Below, one piece after another: positions 10,501 to 25,500 of a DNA stretch of 64,000 nt (the stretch's first letter is position 1; every line of letters starts with the position of its first letter). Position numbers and translations under genes: made by a program. The DNA is taken from positions 36,704,001-36,768,000 of the forward strand of contig CM068746.1 in assembly GCA_035084275.1 (NCBI GenBank), written 5' to 3'. The notes beneath the pieces are model-generated. The model had not been told where the DNA came from, searched no databases, and saw nothing but the letters and a program-made list of their open reading frames with translations. Source of the DNA: Hydrolagus colliei. Its lineage: Eukaryota.

Positions 10501-13500
10501 CCTTTCCAGTTTAAATATAACTTATTCATTATATGGAGTCCTATAGCTCAGTGGTTAGAGCACTCTTGCCTCACAAGCGAAAGACCTGGGTTTGATTCCC
10601 AGCAGGGCGAAATGTTGGGCAAGTTTCCTTACTCTACATACCTCTGTTTACCTAGCATTAAATAGGAACCTGGTTATTAGTCAATTGGTGGATGGCTTTT
10701 CTGGGGGTAATAATTCATTAAAAATAATAATAAGTTGGTCACTTCAATCCACCAGTTTGTAGGATACTGTTGTCTGCAATTGGGTTCTGCGTTTCATAGA
10801 TAATATGCAATCAACTTCACTCTACAGTATATTCTGTGAAGCGCTTTGAGACGTCTTGAAGATGTGATAAGGCATTATATGAAATACAAGGAATATTATT
10901 ATCTTCAGCTTGTAAGATTCAAACAAGTGTAAACAGCAGCCTTTAATTACTGTACATTCTACTTACAAACATGGATTTCAATAGTTAATTGGTAGCCATT
11001 GTTACTTAAAAGTACATTCATAGGTCATAAATTTTAACCAAGTAAAATAAGCTCAGGTATTTGTGGATCTGACAAAGCCCATTCACATCAAAAGGTCACA
11101 TCCCAATTATTACAACCGTAACAATATTAAACCAGTTAATAAATGCAAACCATAATTCATAGTTTCTCAGTATGAGTTTTCTTTACTTATAAAAGTTGAG
11201 TGGAGTACTTGAGTGACAGAATACAAAAGTGAAACATTCAAAGCAAATGTGACTCACTGTACTGGGACTTTCAGTGCACTGACATCTCTGTAGTTCCTTT
11301 TCGAATAGTTGACCAATTGCACGGTGAACCAGTTCATATTGCTCCTGAAGGTAAAATACTTTTTTTTAATTCAAAACTTTTGACCTTGAAATTAGATCTG
11401 GCAGATGATTGGGTCAAATTTCAAAATTCAATTCAAAATTACACATCTATGGCATCAACTTGCATCACTTCTCCTGCAGCATCTGTGGTCTCAATCACAT
11501 CAAACATGTATTCTTAGATATGAAAAAGGTACTCTTGAATGTGAAAAACAGTTAAAATCTTTTAACACTAAGAAAAAGCCACATTAGAGTGCCACCATAC
11601 TATAAATAGATCAGTATTACACAAGGGTGTGTTATAACGAGTGCAGACTGAATCCCAGATATAATTTACTGAATAAAACCTGCACCACAGGTGAACATAC
11701 CTTAGTCTGTACTGCAGAATGCCTCTGTGTTCTCATTTCCTGGATCAAACTGTAAACACTGAATTCTTCAGGAATTTTCTGGAAGATAAACATTAGGGCA
11801 TGTAAGTCCCAGTGAACTGCTGTCCTCAGACATGTGTGGTTTCCTCCAATAAAACCAAGACAATGGAACTCCATTCATATTTCTTCAATGGAGGGTGTAT
11901 TGCATACTTACTTACAACTAATACATTCATGCAGATTTTTTCTCAAAAGATTTAAAACATCTGACCTGCTTTACTTCATTATACAGTTCATGTGGACCAT
12001 ATATTTTTAATACGTATACATATGTATGGCTATATATATATATATATATATATATAGCCAATATTTTTCATCTGCTCTTTGAGCCTTAAAAGAAACTACA
12101 AGATGGCAAAGAAAGATAACGACTCCACTTTTGAAGAAATCAATAGACGTCTTCTAAGGATCAGATTATTTGATTTCCCCATCTCTGCTTCACTTAACAT
12201 GATGATCAATGAGGCTCAGATGTCAACATCCAAAGAATCTTTGCAGAAAAGATTCATATGGCTGCTCTCAATATTTATTCCAGGAGAACAGTAAATACGG
12301 CATCGGGATTACATACCCCACAAAGCTGAGCAATTTTTTCATACATCTACGCTAGTCTAGTAATCTAGTGAACTGCATTTGGGCATTCATTTGGTCATGA
12401 ATTAAAAACTCACCCCAGCTTTCAGTAAATTCCAAGTATAATCAATTGCACATATGGCTCCAGTCCTTCCACATCCAGCACTATGGAAAAAGAAAATATA
12501 TTTAGGGAATTCTTCTTGTATCTGGTGTAGATTGTCTTTAGCGACTGCACAAGATTCATATGGTTTTGTACCAGTAAAATCAGGAGGCATTTCCTCTGCT
12601 CTTTGTGCTTGCAAGTAAAATAACAAAGATAAAATGAAGCCATCAATAAAATTTAACAGGAAAACCGATCACTTCTGAATCCTGCAAATAAAAAGATGAA
12701 AAATCAAGACTCCTCTCTCACCAATTTCAAACCGGAATCTATTTTAAGGCCAATGCACAACAGGACCTAGATTTAAAGCCATAAACCCAAATGCTCTGGC
12801 TATGGGCTTTGTAATATATTAGTTATAAAAAATAAAAATAACTTTAAATGGCCTCAATTAAGTCTATAGTGATATCCTGTTCTTCACAGACATGTGTGAT
12901 AAGGACATATTGAAGCAAGATGTCAATGTTGACTTTCCTGAAACACAGGTTACCTATTAAAAGTAATGAACATTTTTCCCTAAACAAAATCCAAGGTTTA
13001 AAATAAGATGACTCCCCTGCCGACCAGTGTTTTTCATGTCAGGTTAAAAGTGGCTTCAGGAAGCAGTTCTCCAGATTAGCTCAGATGAAATAGTCCCTTT
13101 GGCAATTTGATCTGATCCTTTCACAATAAAGAAACTGTACAAGTATTAGTTTCAGTTGCAAATTTAAGCTATGGAAGCCTTCCTTGTTCTTATATGCTGA
13201 CATTCAGACACCCAGGCTCCCCAGTTTCCTGGCTTGCATTTAGACTCCTATAGAGGCAGCTGAGAGAAGTTTGGTCTGGTCTTCTGGTATGGCATACAAA
13301 AGTGTGTTGCCAAAAGATCATTTTTAGCACCGTCCAGATTGACTCTTTGCATAATATTCAGCAAAGAAACTGCTGTCATTAAATATTCTTCCTCTGCATT
13401 GATAACAGAACCTCCTAAACTCACTCCATGCTCAAGTCACCAATTAATCAATTACTCACACTGATGCAAAATTAAACATAATCTTTTAAAGGGGAACAGA

Positions 13501-16500
13501 TACTTGGGAATGGGGTATTAAAGAACATAGAAAAGGGGCAGCGATGGGATTCCAAGATCCATCAAAGATCTAATAAAATGAAGGAATAGGTGTCACAGTC
13601 TGAATGGCCTATAGCCGCATATGTTACTGTTATATGCAATGTGATGCAAAGTTACTATCTGTTCAGGTGGACGTTAAAGATCCAATGGCACTATTGGAAA
13701 AGAGAAGGAAGTTTCCCATTGTGTCCAGGCCAAAAAATCTCCCAAATAAAATTGGTCATTTGCTTCATGGCTGTTTGTAGGACATTGAAGTGTGCAATTA
13801 CTCTGCCATGTTTGCCTACAAATAAATACACAGACTCTCCATTTCACAGTAAATCCTGCGAAGGGCTTTGAAGTTTCCTTCCAACATCACAAGGCACTAT
13901 ACCAAATGCAAGGATTATTATTATTTTCCATACCTGCAGTGGATACAAATAGGCACATCCTCATGTTCTTGATATTCTCGCATCAAACTGATCATATCCA
14001 AGATGGAATCAAATGAAGATGGAACATCATGGTCAGGCCAGTTTATGTAATGAAACTGATATAGTCTACGAGATTCCTATGTATGGGAAAGATACACAAT
14101 TGTTTAATTCTCTCCAATTTATCAACAGCAAAGATTAACAATTGAAGAATTAATTCCAGTGCATCTGACTTTCAAATTCAAATGAGTATTAACGATGAGA
14201 GAGGAAGCATATGCATGATATATCAGTAGGGAAATATCTGCTACTGTTGGATCACTAATGCTTACGAGTGAAAGCAGTTGAAGAAAATAGAAGCGGGGGG
14301 AGAAAATTAATGAATAGGAAAACAAACAGCACTAAACTGTCCACAACCTAACACAAATTAGCTGTTTTATTCAGATTTTTCAACACAAACACAATAAATA
14401 AAGGATTTATTTTTAAGTAAATCCTGTGAATCGCTTTGGGACACCCGATGTAAAAGGTGCCATACTAAATGCAGGATTGTTTTTATTATTATGAGATTGG
14501 TTAAAACAATGAATGAATGATAATGAAAGCAAGCACAGAAGGGCGTTTGGGGTTGAACATCACGTTTAAGCAAAATGAGGCCCGGGAATACTCAATACCC
14601 ATATTGCGAAATAAAAATAAGAAAATGTTCTATTCCCTGCAATGGAAATCAGTCACCAAATGCAGTGCCGATTAAAATATCAAATTCAAGGATTAAATAT
14701 GGCTACGGTATTCATTAAACAAAATGACGAAGAACTGACTTCTTTGTGGCTTCATCCTTAATTGAGTTATATTTAAAAAGTTGAGTCATCATACCATGAT
14801 AAACTAAAAACCCATTAATCAAGCAACTTAGAATGAATTTGATGGGCGAGAAGTATCAACATTTTACTAAAGTTGTATGACAGGAATGTGTGGGAAAGTA
14901 AGTTTCATCAGGAAAGTTGAGCTTTAGAACAATGCATTGGCATTAAAAATACTCACATTCTGGAATTCCACTAATAGAGTTCTTATAAAATAATCGGTCC
15001 TAGCTTGTTCAGCTTCCTGGAGAGAGGAAAAAGGATATTACTGTTGAGCCCTGCAATATTCCTAACAGCACCAAACTATCACTACCAAAGATAATGTGTG
15101 GAACAAGTGTTGGGACGACCTCAAAATGTCTACTGGGCAAAGGCACCCCCAGATGACTACCATGATTATACAGATTGGAAGGTTATTGTAATAGTTAATT
15201 CCTGCTTGATGAGGTTACCTGGTATTGGACACTATGATACCATTGGAATATCATTACAATTGGGGGATTTCACCCCACCCCCCTGCCCCACCCACCCACA
15301 CCCACATGCTGGGTGTTTCAGTGATCCTATTTTTGTTTGTGCTATAGAAATACAATTTGTTGTTGCCGTTATTGAATGTTTGATATGTAATGAACCATCA
15401 ACTGTGTTTTTTTTAATTAAAAAAAACAAACGTTTCAAATTTAAGAGTTATATTTCCTTCAATACAGCAATTTCTTAAACTACTTACAGATTTAATTACA
15501 ATAGGAAACGCTTGACAAAAAAGACCAAGGTCCACCTAGTCTGCCTTTACCATCCTGGTAGTCTCATGCTACAATAATGGGAGATGTTGACAGCAATTCA
15601 ATCTGTATGATTTAGTTTTCCAACACAGTGGGAACCTTGCATCCAAAGAATATTCATCACACTCTAGATAAGGAAGTAGAAGACAGGAAAAGGAAGCTTT
15701 TTTTAAAAAAAATTGTAGCTATATCTTGGATAAACATGCTTATTTATTAACAGGTCTACTAAAAAGACTTGCTACCCTGTAGAAAATAACCACTAAGATA
15801 TTCCATATAGAGATATTAATGACACAGGCATGTTGACCCAGCAGCAAGTAGGAACTCAATTGTTAATCGATTGCCGGATTGCTTTTCAGAGGGTAATAAT
15901 CCCCTCAAAAAAAAATTGTCACTTAATCCACAATGGTTTATGGGACACAGCTGTGCGTAACTGACTGCTGCGTTTCACTCAAATAATATACAATCCATTC
16001 ACTTTGCAGTATAATCTGTGAAGAGCTTGGTGGCATCTCGATAACATGATAAGGAGCTATATCAATTGCAAGGGCTATTTTTATAAGGAATTCAGTGAAA
16101 CAAGCTTGGGGGATAAATTCAGGTGAATTTCTATTGAATGGTGTATGGTAATGCAATGCAGTCATTATTGCCCCCCAAAAAGGCACTGGTACCCAAGGAA
16201 GCTAATACAAGAAACAGAAGTGATGAAGATCAGGGGGGGGTTGTTCAAAAGGTGGGTAGTGGGAAGGTTAAAACGAGCTAAATCCGACTTGTGGGTACAT
16301 ACAAACAAATTTGAAAAGTTCCATTCCCACCACAGACATCTTAAGCTTCTACACACAGGTCTACATTCAGTTCAGTGCACTTCATTCTCTGAGCACTCTC
16401 TCAATCTGTTACCGGAGAGAGAGGAAAAAAGAGCTGCGATCTGAAAGCTTCCATTCACATGGAAAATACCAGAGGGCATGAAGTTCCAAGTTCAAGTCTG

Positions 16501-19500
16501 CCAATTTAACAAAGTTTAAAATTGAGCTGGAAGGATACTTCATCTTTATATCAAGATGATTTATTCATGGTTTTAAATTGAGAATATTCATCCAAACCAA
16601 AAATAATTTTCTAAATTTAACTGCCATAGGCCAACGCAACAGCAAAACTATTGAAGGAAACTCACCCTAGACATCAAACTCCCTAAACTATCCGAATGAC
16701 AACATCCCAGATCTTCCTAACGTTGATGGGCACAGTGAAATAAGAACATAAACACAGGATAAAAGCCTCAAATACTCAAAGTCCTTGCTTAACGTTGCAG
16801 TTGTGTTCACGAAAAGTGCGACTTTAAGCAAAACAATGTTAAGAGAACCTGCGCAAGAATGCTGGACGTTCAGCGTCTATGTACGCCTACGCTACCCAAA
16901 GCAGTTCGTTTCCACCCGAGCGAACGATGTAATAGTGAACGTCTCGACATTAAATATATGTTCCCCTATGTATTAGTGATGTAATAACGAAACGTTGAAC
17001 GAATCAACGTTAAGCATGATCTACCTGTACTACATTACAGTGGTTCTATTAACAGATAATTGATTGTATTTTTTTTAAAAAGACAATCTATTATACATTG
17101 GGTATCCATACTTCAGAAAAACAGGTGAGGTTTACACAGAATAAATATGTTTTAATCATTAAATTAACCATATTAAATTTACTGAAAAAAATCACAGCAT
17201 GATATCCCATCAAAAAAAATTAGGTACATGCTTAATAGCTATTGCATGCTTCCTACATCATTAAGTCCTCCAGACAATAAAGATAGTGTTTAGTTTAAGT
17301 TTCCAACACTGCTCAATCCATTTCACCGGTTGAACAGTTTATATTAGCCTTTTGCGGAGATAGAAGTCTGAAGGAGAAAGTTCAGATTTATGAAACAAAT
17401 TGTCATTTCCCCCCCCCTCCTCCCCAGTCACTTGGCCCTTGGGTTTCAAAGATTGTTATGAGTCTCTTACATGAATACTTAATTTAGACTTCCTGTATGG
17501 TACAAAATTTCCCTTGACTATTGCAAGAAGGAAACTAAGGCCTCCCACACGTGATCAACAAGAGCAAACAAAAGCAGATGTTATAAAGTAGCACAAGTGA
17601 AGTCTGTCCAGATGTTCATTAGCACCCAGATATTTTCTAGTCCATCATAGTGGCCACATTTTATTTTAAAAACGATCCTTGTATTTGATATAGCGCCTAT
17701 CACATAATTGAGACATCTCAAAGCACTCCACAGATTATACCGTAAAATGAATTGACTATACTTGGTGGGCAAAACACAGCAGCCAATTGCGCACAGCAGT
17801 GTCCCGCAAAAGCAGTATTAGTATTACCTTATATTTTCATCCTCCATCTCCAATTTTACACTAAAATTTTGCAATGTATCGAGTTGATAAATGCAAACAC
17901 TAACAGATACAGTATTTCAAGATATTAGGTTGTTCGTGAAAGTCAAATACCGCACTTGCAGATTAGTCCAAGTTTGTTTTGAGATATTTTCCATCTTACA
18001 TTATTTTGAGATCAGTCTCACTGAGTCAGATGGCTTTCAAAACTTTCGAGACTTGGAACTGAGTCTAGGCTGATATAATACAGTGCTGGTGGAGAATTAC
18101 CGACCCTTGTTATGGATGAGACTTTATTATTAAGATCGCACAGCATGATTTGAAAAGCAAACTTGAGTTTTCCCCCAGTGTTTTGATCAACAATCCTCCA
18201 GATAAAAAACGAATCTCTCACTTCATGGTTGTTTGTGGGACATTGCTGTTTCCAAATCATTTGCCCGGTTCACATACAAATCGAGTCACTGTACTTGGCT
18301 ATAAATCCAATAAAGTGCTTCCAGATGTGCTCCTGACATGAAATATGTTATATCAAAATGCAAGGATTATTACGTGATAAAAACATTGCTGATAGAAAAG
18401 AATCACCAGTATTTAAGATGACCTATATCAGATGATATAGGAAGACATCCAACACTAAAAAAAAAGTACTGGAAATAAATATCCTCCAGCATTCAGCCAC
18501 ACAGGTAAAAAGGAAAGAGAAACCAAACAGCATTAAACTACGTTTGAAATCCTAATGGGTCTGTATCTATACTTCTCAAAACTGAAGAATGGCATAATTA
18601 CTTATTAGACAAGTACAATGTGGTCAGCTACCACTGTGTGACTGCCCGATTGAATTAAATGGAATGCTTGTTAACTTCAAGTATATCAGGAGCAGTTAGC
18701 ATTTGTATAGTAGACTGCTGACATAGGCTGCCAAAATCAATTAAGAACATGGAATCTTTTGCTACACAACCCTAATAATGGAAGTGTGATCAGAGTAACT
18801 TCACAACAATAAATTTCATGCCATAACACAGCTTTGTTTTGTCTTATGGTTGCATTATCTGGCACAAAAAACAAATGATGCATTAGACTTCTGATAGACA
18901 GCCACAGCTGCCGTTTTGCAGGACTTGAACCTCATACAAGAGAAGATTTCAATTTAGTTGCCTTACAGTTCAGCACAAATATCAGATTACCTTGAAGAGA
19001 TATCCATGATAAATCGTCCTCCCCTTCCAGGATCACTAACAAACCTGACATTCCCTTCACCAGGGAACAATGGATTGACGGGTGTGTTTATGCATAGCAA
19101 TAGTTAATAGTTATCAATGCAAAGATAGGCCAATTATGCATCCATAAATTGCTAGACATCAGGAAAAATTTAAACTTCAGAGCTTGCATATAAAACTGTA
19201 ACACTACAAGAATGCATTGAGTCAAAGCAACATGGCAACACAAAAATCATAAGTGGAATCCCATAGTGCAGTGATTAGAGCACTCGCCTTGCAAGCAAGG
19301 AGATCAGGGTTAGTAGATTCCTAGCAGGAAGAACCTTAGGCACACTTTACTCCACACACATCCGTTTACCGAGCCAAAAGTAGGAACCTGGTTGTTTAGT
19401 TAATCAGCAGATCACTTTCTGGGGAGGGGTAATAGTCCCTCCAAATAATAATAATATGATCACTGAATCCAGAATTGTTTGTGGGACACTATTATGCAAA

Positions 19501-22500
19501 ATTGGCTGGTTCATTTCGCCCACAAAATACAGTCACTGCACTTTACAGTATATTCTGTGAAGCGCTTTGAGACTTCACAACGATGTGATAAGGTGCTATA
19601 TCAAATGCAAGGAATATTATTATTATACATGGGAGCCAATGAATACGAAGACAGAAAAAACAACACTAACCTATACATGAAAACCAGCAATTGACCTACT
19701 CAAAACACCACTGTTTTGCTAAATGTCAAGAATGTCATTGTGAGTTTTTAGGGATAAATATCCATTGAACATCATACCAGCCTCCTCCAAGAAATGCTAA
19801 TTTAACACTGTAGTGCAACAATAAATAGCAAATGTCTAGCCATATATACTAATCAGTTAACTTCTATAAAGCAGTATGTATTTAACTGAACTTCTGCAAG
19901 CAATTTGTTTTCACCTAAACTGTGAGTTACCAGTTTTCCCCCCTGGGTAGAAAATGATAAACTTCTCTCCCCAAACCCCCCAAACAACACTGAAGTTGAA
20001 GTACTTACACATGTAACTAGAAATTCTCCAAGTCGAAGAGGACCATCCCCATGTATAGGCCAGTAGCGCTCACATTTTTTCTATGAAGAAACATTGAAAA
20101 AAATTTAACTTTAATCCATGACCTGCATCATAACAGCATAAAGAAAATATAAGTTCACCACTCTAGCTTTCTCCCCCTCCCCTCCTGAAATATTCAGGCA
20201 CCAATGTATTCTGAAATATAGTTTTGTGGGTGCCAGACATGCTGTGGAACCATCCACCAACTGGCCATTTGTTCATGAGAGAGCGTACTGTCATGTGGTT
20301 ATCAAACAATGGGGTAAGCATAATCCTCTCCTCACTCAAACGTTCAGCAAACCAGATGGGCAAATTGGAGTTATTTCATTGGCATATGTAACTCAACATT
20401 GTTGATGCTAACCATATGGGCATCTATACTGGAGCAGTCATTGGATCAAGTATCTCGAGGATTTTAGCCTTGGCCATATCTCTCGCTCCCACTGGGCTGT
20501 GGCTTTACCAGTTGAGCAATCAGAGGGGCTGAAGGTTCGTCTCTCGAAGGTTTTTGGACGTTAAGAACTTTCACCTACTCACTGTAATTTTCTTCAGTCA
20601 AAGCACACCAAAAGAAAATCATACCAACACTAGTTTGCGCAGCAAATCATATTTGATGATGAAAATGCAATAAGAGTCTTCAGCCACAAATGTACCCACA
20701 CCATACTTGTATTCTGGTTCAAAATGCCAAGCAAACATGCTGCATGTACGCAGTTTCACTTTGTATGCAAGTAAGGCATATCTACCATTCCCACTTACAA
20801 TGTGCTTTTGCTTCACTCCCCAGCAGCACAGCTTTAATGCTACTTCCTTCTACTTTTCTGATGTTCAGGAAGAGGAAGCAAAACAAAATGTAGAGCCCAT
20901 TAACCACCCTGGGACAGGGACTTCAACAAGATTTTTTTGCTTCCTCTGACTGAAGGGGCGAGAGGGATAAGGAATAGCACTGTATGGTGGTGCCTGGGAA
21001 ACAGAACACAGGCACAGAGAACAAATTATTTCATAGCATAAAAACCAACAAAACTGTATCATGGGCAATTGATATAGGACTCTTGCATGCAGCAGGTATC
21101 TGTACATAAAATTCTTGTATGATGAACACAACATTTATATTTGGACTGAAAAATAAAATGCAACACAGTTAGAATATGAATAAAGAAATAAGAAAACTCA
21201 CCCTTCCCATTTCAAACTCACGGCATGCCATGACAATTATCTGTAAACAAGAAAAGGTGTAAGTTCAAAATATAATGGATTTTTCTTAAATTCAGGTACA
21301 AAATACAGCTACACTTATGTATGAATTCAAACAAAACACTTAATACTTTCTAAATATTATACAATGGATTCCCAGCAGCTATCCAATATAAGAAATAGCT
21401 CAATAATCCATGGATTTTGTGGAAAAGGACAGAAGCATATTAATATAGTAGATGCCCTTCTATTTCAATCTCAAGGCTAGAATATATCATACTACAGCCA
21501 TCTGTAATACAAGCAATAAAAACATATTTGTGTTTATGGCCTAAAGAGAGGCAGATAAGATTTCAATACAGAGCAACAGAAGGTAATGCATACAGGACCA
21601 AATTAAGCAGTATTAAGCATCTATTAACCAAGGTGGAGCAAGAAAAAGGATTTAGGTGTGATTATTAATAATTTATTCTAGACTTTGTAGTTTTCTAACC
21701 TTATATAGACATTGATGGGGGACAATACTAAGTGGATTTATGAGAACCCTACCCTCAGAGGTCATTAGAAGGGTTAGTGAAGAAGACCAACATGGATGAT
21801 TCCAGGATTTACAAGCTCCATGTTACAAACTTGCTTTCATTAAAAAAAAAGGTTGGGTGGACGGAAAAAAAGGTTGAAATCATATAAATGGAGGATAGAC
21901 TTCAATAAGTGTGCTATTTGACATAGATCACAAAGGCAGAAATAAAACAACCGGTTTCAATTTATACATTTCAAAGAGGATGGCAGATCAGGATAATGTT
22001 TTCTTCTGCACAACATGGTGGCTATCTAGAATGGACTATAAAAGTGCTTTATCCTATTCTGATTAAAAGTCTTTGCAAAAAAAAAAAAGGAAAACTTGAA
22101 CAATATTGAAGGTGCAAGGTCAATGAGGTGAATTGTGTTGTATGAATCAACCCAATAAATGAGTGAAAGGCTCATTAATGCAATTTGTTGTTTTAATGTA
22201 TCCTAGAGTATGATCATATCTAAGATCTTTCAGGTCTGTACAGATCAATAACCCACTAATGAGACTGCAAGATAGCCCAAGATGAATCAATGTTGTTAAA
22301 AGCAAATCTACTGAAATTTTTTTTATATATAAAAAGGAAGAAAATGCTTTACTCATAGTTGTACTCGCCAGCTTTAGCTGAATTGCTGGTGTAACAATTT
22401 TTAAATTCACTTTTATTTAACTTTTTTTAATTTATAAAAACATCATGAAGGATGTTCCCGAGATAACTCCAACACGTGATTTCTAGCCACTTCCATTACA

Positions 22501-25500
22501 CAGAAATTCCAGTCGAAGATAAAATGTCTCAACAAATTAGTTGTGCATTTGTCAGGATTCCATTATAAACAGATTAACAGCTTTGTGTTCAGCACTAATG
22601 TGCCAATATAGTATAGGAATTGCAGAGCCACTCTCATAACAGGAGTTAAATGGAGAGATAATAGCTTTCCATCTACAAATGTTCAGCACATAAAAGTTAA
22701 TTGAAAAGCACAAATTTGACATGACTGCTGGATGCAAATATGGATACATCAAACGGCCTTTGTATTGAACATACAATTAGCAGTAAACATGCAATCAGCA
22801 CAGCATACACAACAGATACACTGTGGCAATCAAGAATAAATGCAATAGAAACCAGATAAATGCTATAACTAATGCAATAATTGAATGCACTACAGGCATT
22901 CATTCAAGCTTTGTGAAAATAATATGAAGGAAAAACAAATATGCTAAAATCCCTTATTTGGTTCAAATATGATGTAAGCTGGTAAAAAGGTAATACTAAT
23001 TCTAGTTTCTGGCTCAAGTCCAAGCCATTTGGCATTTTGTATTGTTTGCAAAACCATTGTTACTTTTCTGGAGCTCCATTGGAGACGGATTTAACATTTT
23101 AAATCAAATAATTGAATCCGCCAAGAAAAAGATACTTACTACAACATTAAACTCCCAGATCATCCTCCAAAAATCTAATACAGTGTTTGCTAGTGGTCCC
23201 TGGGTAGCAATGTAGGAGTTTGGCCCATACACTCCCTAAAAAGTGACAAAAAAAAACATTTTTTTTTACAAAAGGGAAAATTTTACTTTCAAATATAATG
23301 AAAACATTTTAAAGAACACACACAACTTATAAGACGACACATTCTCATGACTAATATTCAACTTAAATACAAAACAGATTCAATAATCAGTGAATTTCAT
23401 TATTCACTGCTTGGTGAGGATTTTTTTTAAATGAGAACAAGCACACAATTTTGGCAAACCATCACAGCAAATAAATGGGTAAACTTTGTAGGCTAACCAT
23501 CACAAGTTAACATAACCACAAGACACCATGTGGCACACAACCATTTCAAAGGCTGCAGCTACAGAACTGTTCAGAACTCTTTTACATTCGAAAAGAGTAC
23601 TTTGAAGTTAGTTAATGAAGTTCAAATGGGATAGCAATTGTGATTTTATGTTCATGCAACATAAAATCTACAGCAAAACATTTATGGTTTTTCAAATAAG
23701 CACAGTACAACAGCATCTAATAAATGTCATGATGAGTGCTTAACCTTTTGAAATATTGATATGAATCTGTTTGTGCAACAATAGTCTGCTCTCTCCATGA
23801 GTAAAATTATGTGCAGAAAAATTACCTTGATAAAATTTGCATTGATATAATCTGAATCCACCTGTGATGTCTTCAACGCAAGCTTCACTCTGCTGTGATC
23901 AACTGTAGGTTGGGAAAGGGAAACAGGAAGAGAGAGAAAAAAAAGTTGAACAATCGTAAGAAACAGTTTAATACTTTTTATTCTATGATCTGACTTAATT
24001 ATTACGAAATTCATTGGGGCAAAGTAGGTAATCTCACTAACTTTTTGGAACACTGGGTTAAAATAGCCTTGGGCTGAGCTGCAATGTCCACCACAAACAA
24101 ACAGCTTTCCATTACCCACTCTTTGGAACTCCACTCCACAATCCCTGTGCCTTGCTCACTTCCTTGCCTCCTTCAAGGCCCTTCTTGAGACCCTCCATTT
24201 CGACAGTGCCTTCCGCCACCCTCCTACCTCTGTCCTCCCTCATCCCATTCCTGCCAATCCCTGCCCCCACACTCATGTTTGGGTCCTGACCCTGACTGTT
24301 CAGCGTCTTGGGATGTTGTCCCCACAAAGTGAAAGGCACTCTACAAATGCAATGTTGTTATTGTTCTATGAGCTCTATTGACAATCTGAAAGAGTGCTTA
24401 AAACCCGAATTTGAGAATTTATTGGATTCGAATTTTGGACTCAAATTTAAGTATCAGAAAGCACCACTGAAATGTTCCCAAAAAAATGCCAAAACCAATT
24501 AGTAAAATCAAATTAATTGAGAGGATGGGAGGAATGGAGAGGAAATAACATTCAGATCAAGCAACACCCTGCTATATTTATCAAAGGGAATCACAGGATG
24601 CTGATCAGGAGCAGAAACCCAGGTTTTTTCCTCCTCTCTCTCCCGAGCTGAGTTTCACAAACTCAAACACCAGGATAAAAATTCTTATTGTTGCTACATC
24701 AGTTACACCCGGTAAATTGAAGAGTTAAAAAAAATAATTGGTTACACACAACATTGTCTAACCAACAAATTCAGGTGTTGAATTCAGATTAGATCATAAA
24801 TTGTACAGAAACACCACATTTTGTATCATATTACAAAACTACTAGAATTCCACTCTCCCCCCCACGCAAGTTGTAATAATAATAGCATTTGATATAGCAC
24901 CTTATCACGTCATTGAGATGCCTCAAAGCCCTTCATAGAATATATTGCAAAGTGGATCGACAGTATATTTTGTGGGCAAAACGCGGCAGCCAATTATGTA
25001 CAGCAGTGTCTCACAAACAGTCGTGGATTGAGTGACCAATTTTTGGGAGTCTACTTTCCGTTAGGTTACAGATTAATCTCCTGGTCTTCGAGTTACCCAA
25101 TTTCTGTACTGGACTCTATTGGGGGGTTGGGGGAGAAGGCCAGAATTCCTGTTCCTCACCACTGTCCAGTGACCTCTGCTGGAAAGTGTGTGTATGAACA
25201 CCAGGTTAAAATAGCTATGGGCTGAACTGCAATGCCACCCACAAACAGCCTCTCATCACCCAGGCTGACCCAGGAAGTACTTGGATTCGGGTAAGAAACC
25301 AGGGGGATGCTGGTGCTTATAGAACCCGATTCACAGCACAGGTCAGTGCCCAGAAGATTCAGAGGGAAGAAAATGACCAAATAAAACTTTGCAAACTGCT
25401 CCTCTGCTCTGTGGTGTATATACATAGAGCACAATAATGGTATGGTGCCAACATGTCCATACAACTTCCATACATAAGTTCCTGATTTCTGCTGGGTAAA

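Noticed and set aside
12402-12626. Extended ORF upstream of exon 9
   Set aside because: Only 12414-12480 is bounded by splice sites and homologous; the rest is intron read-through
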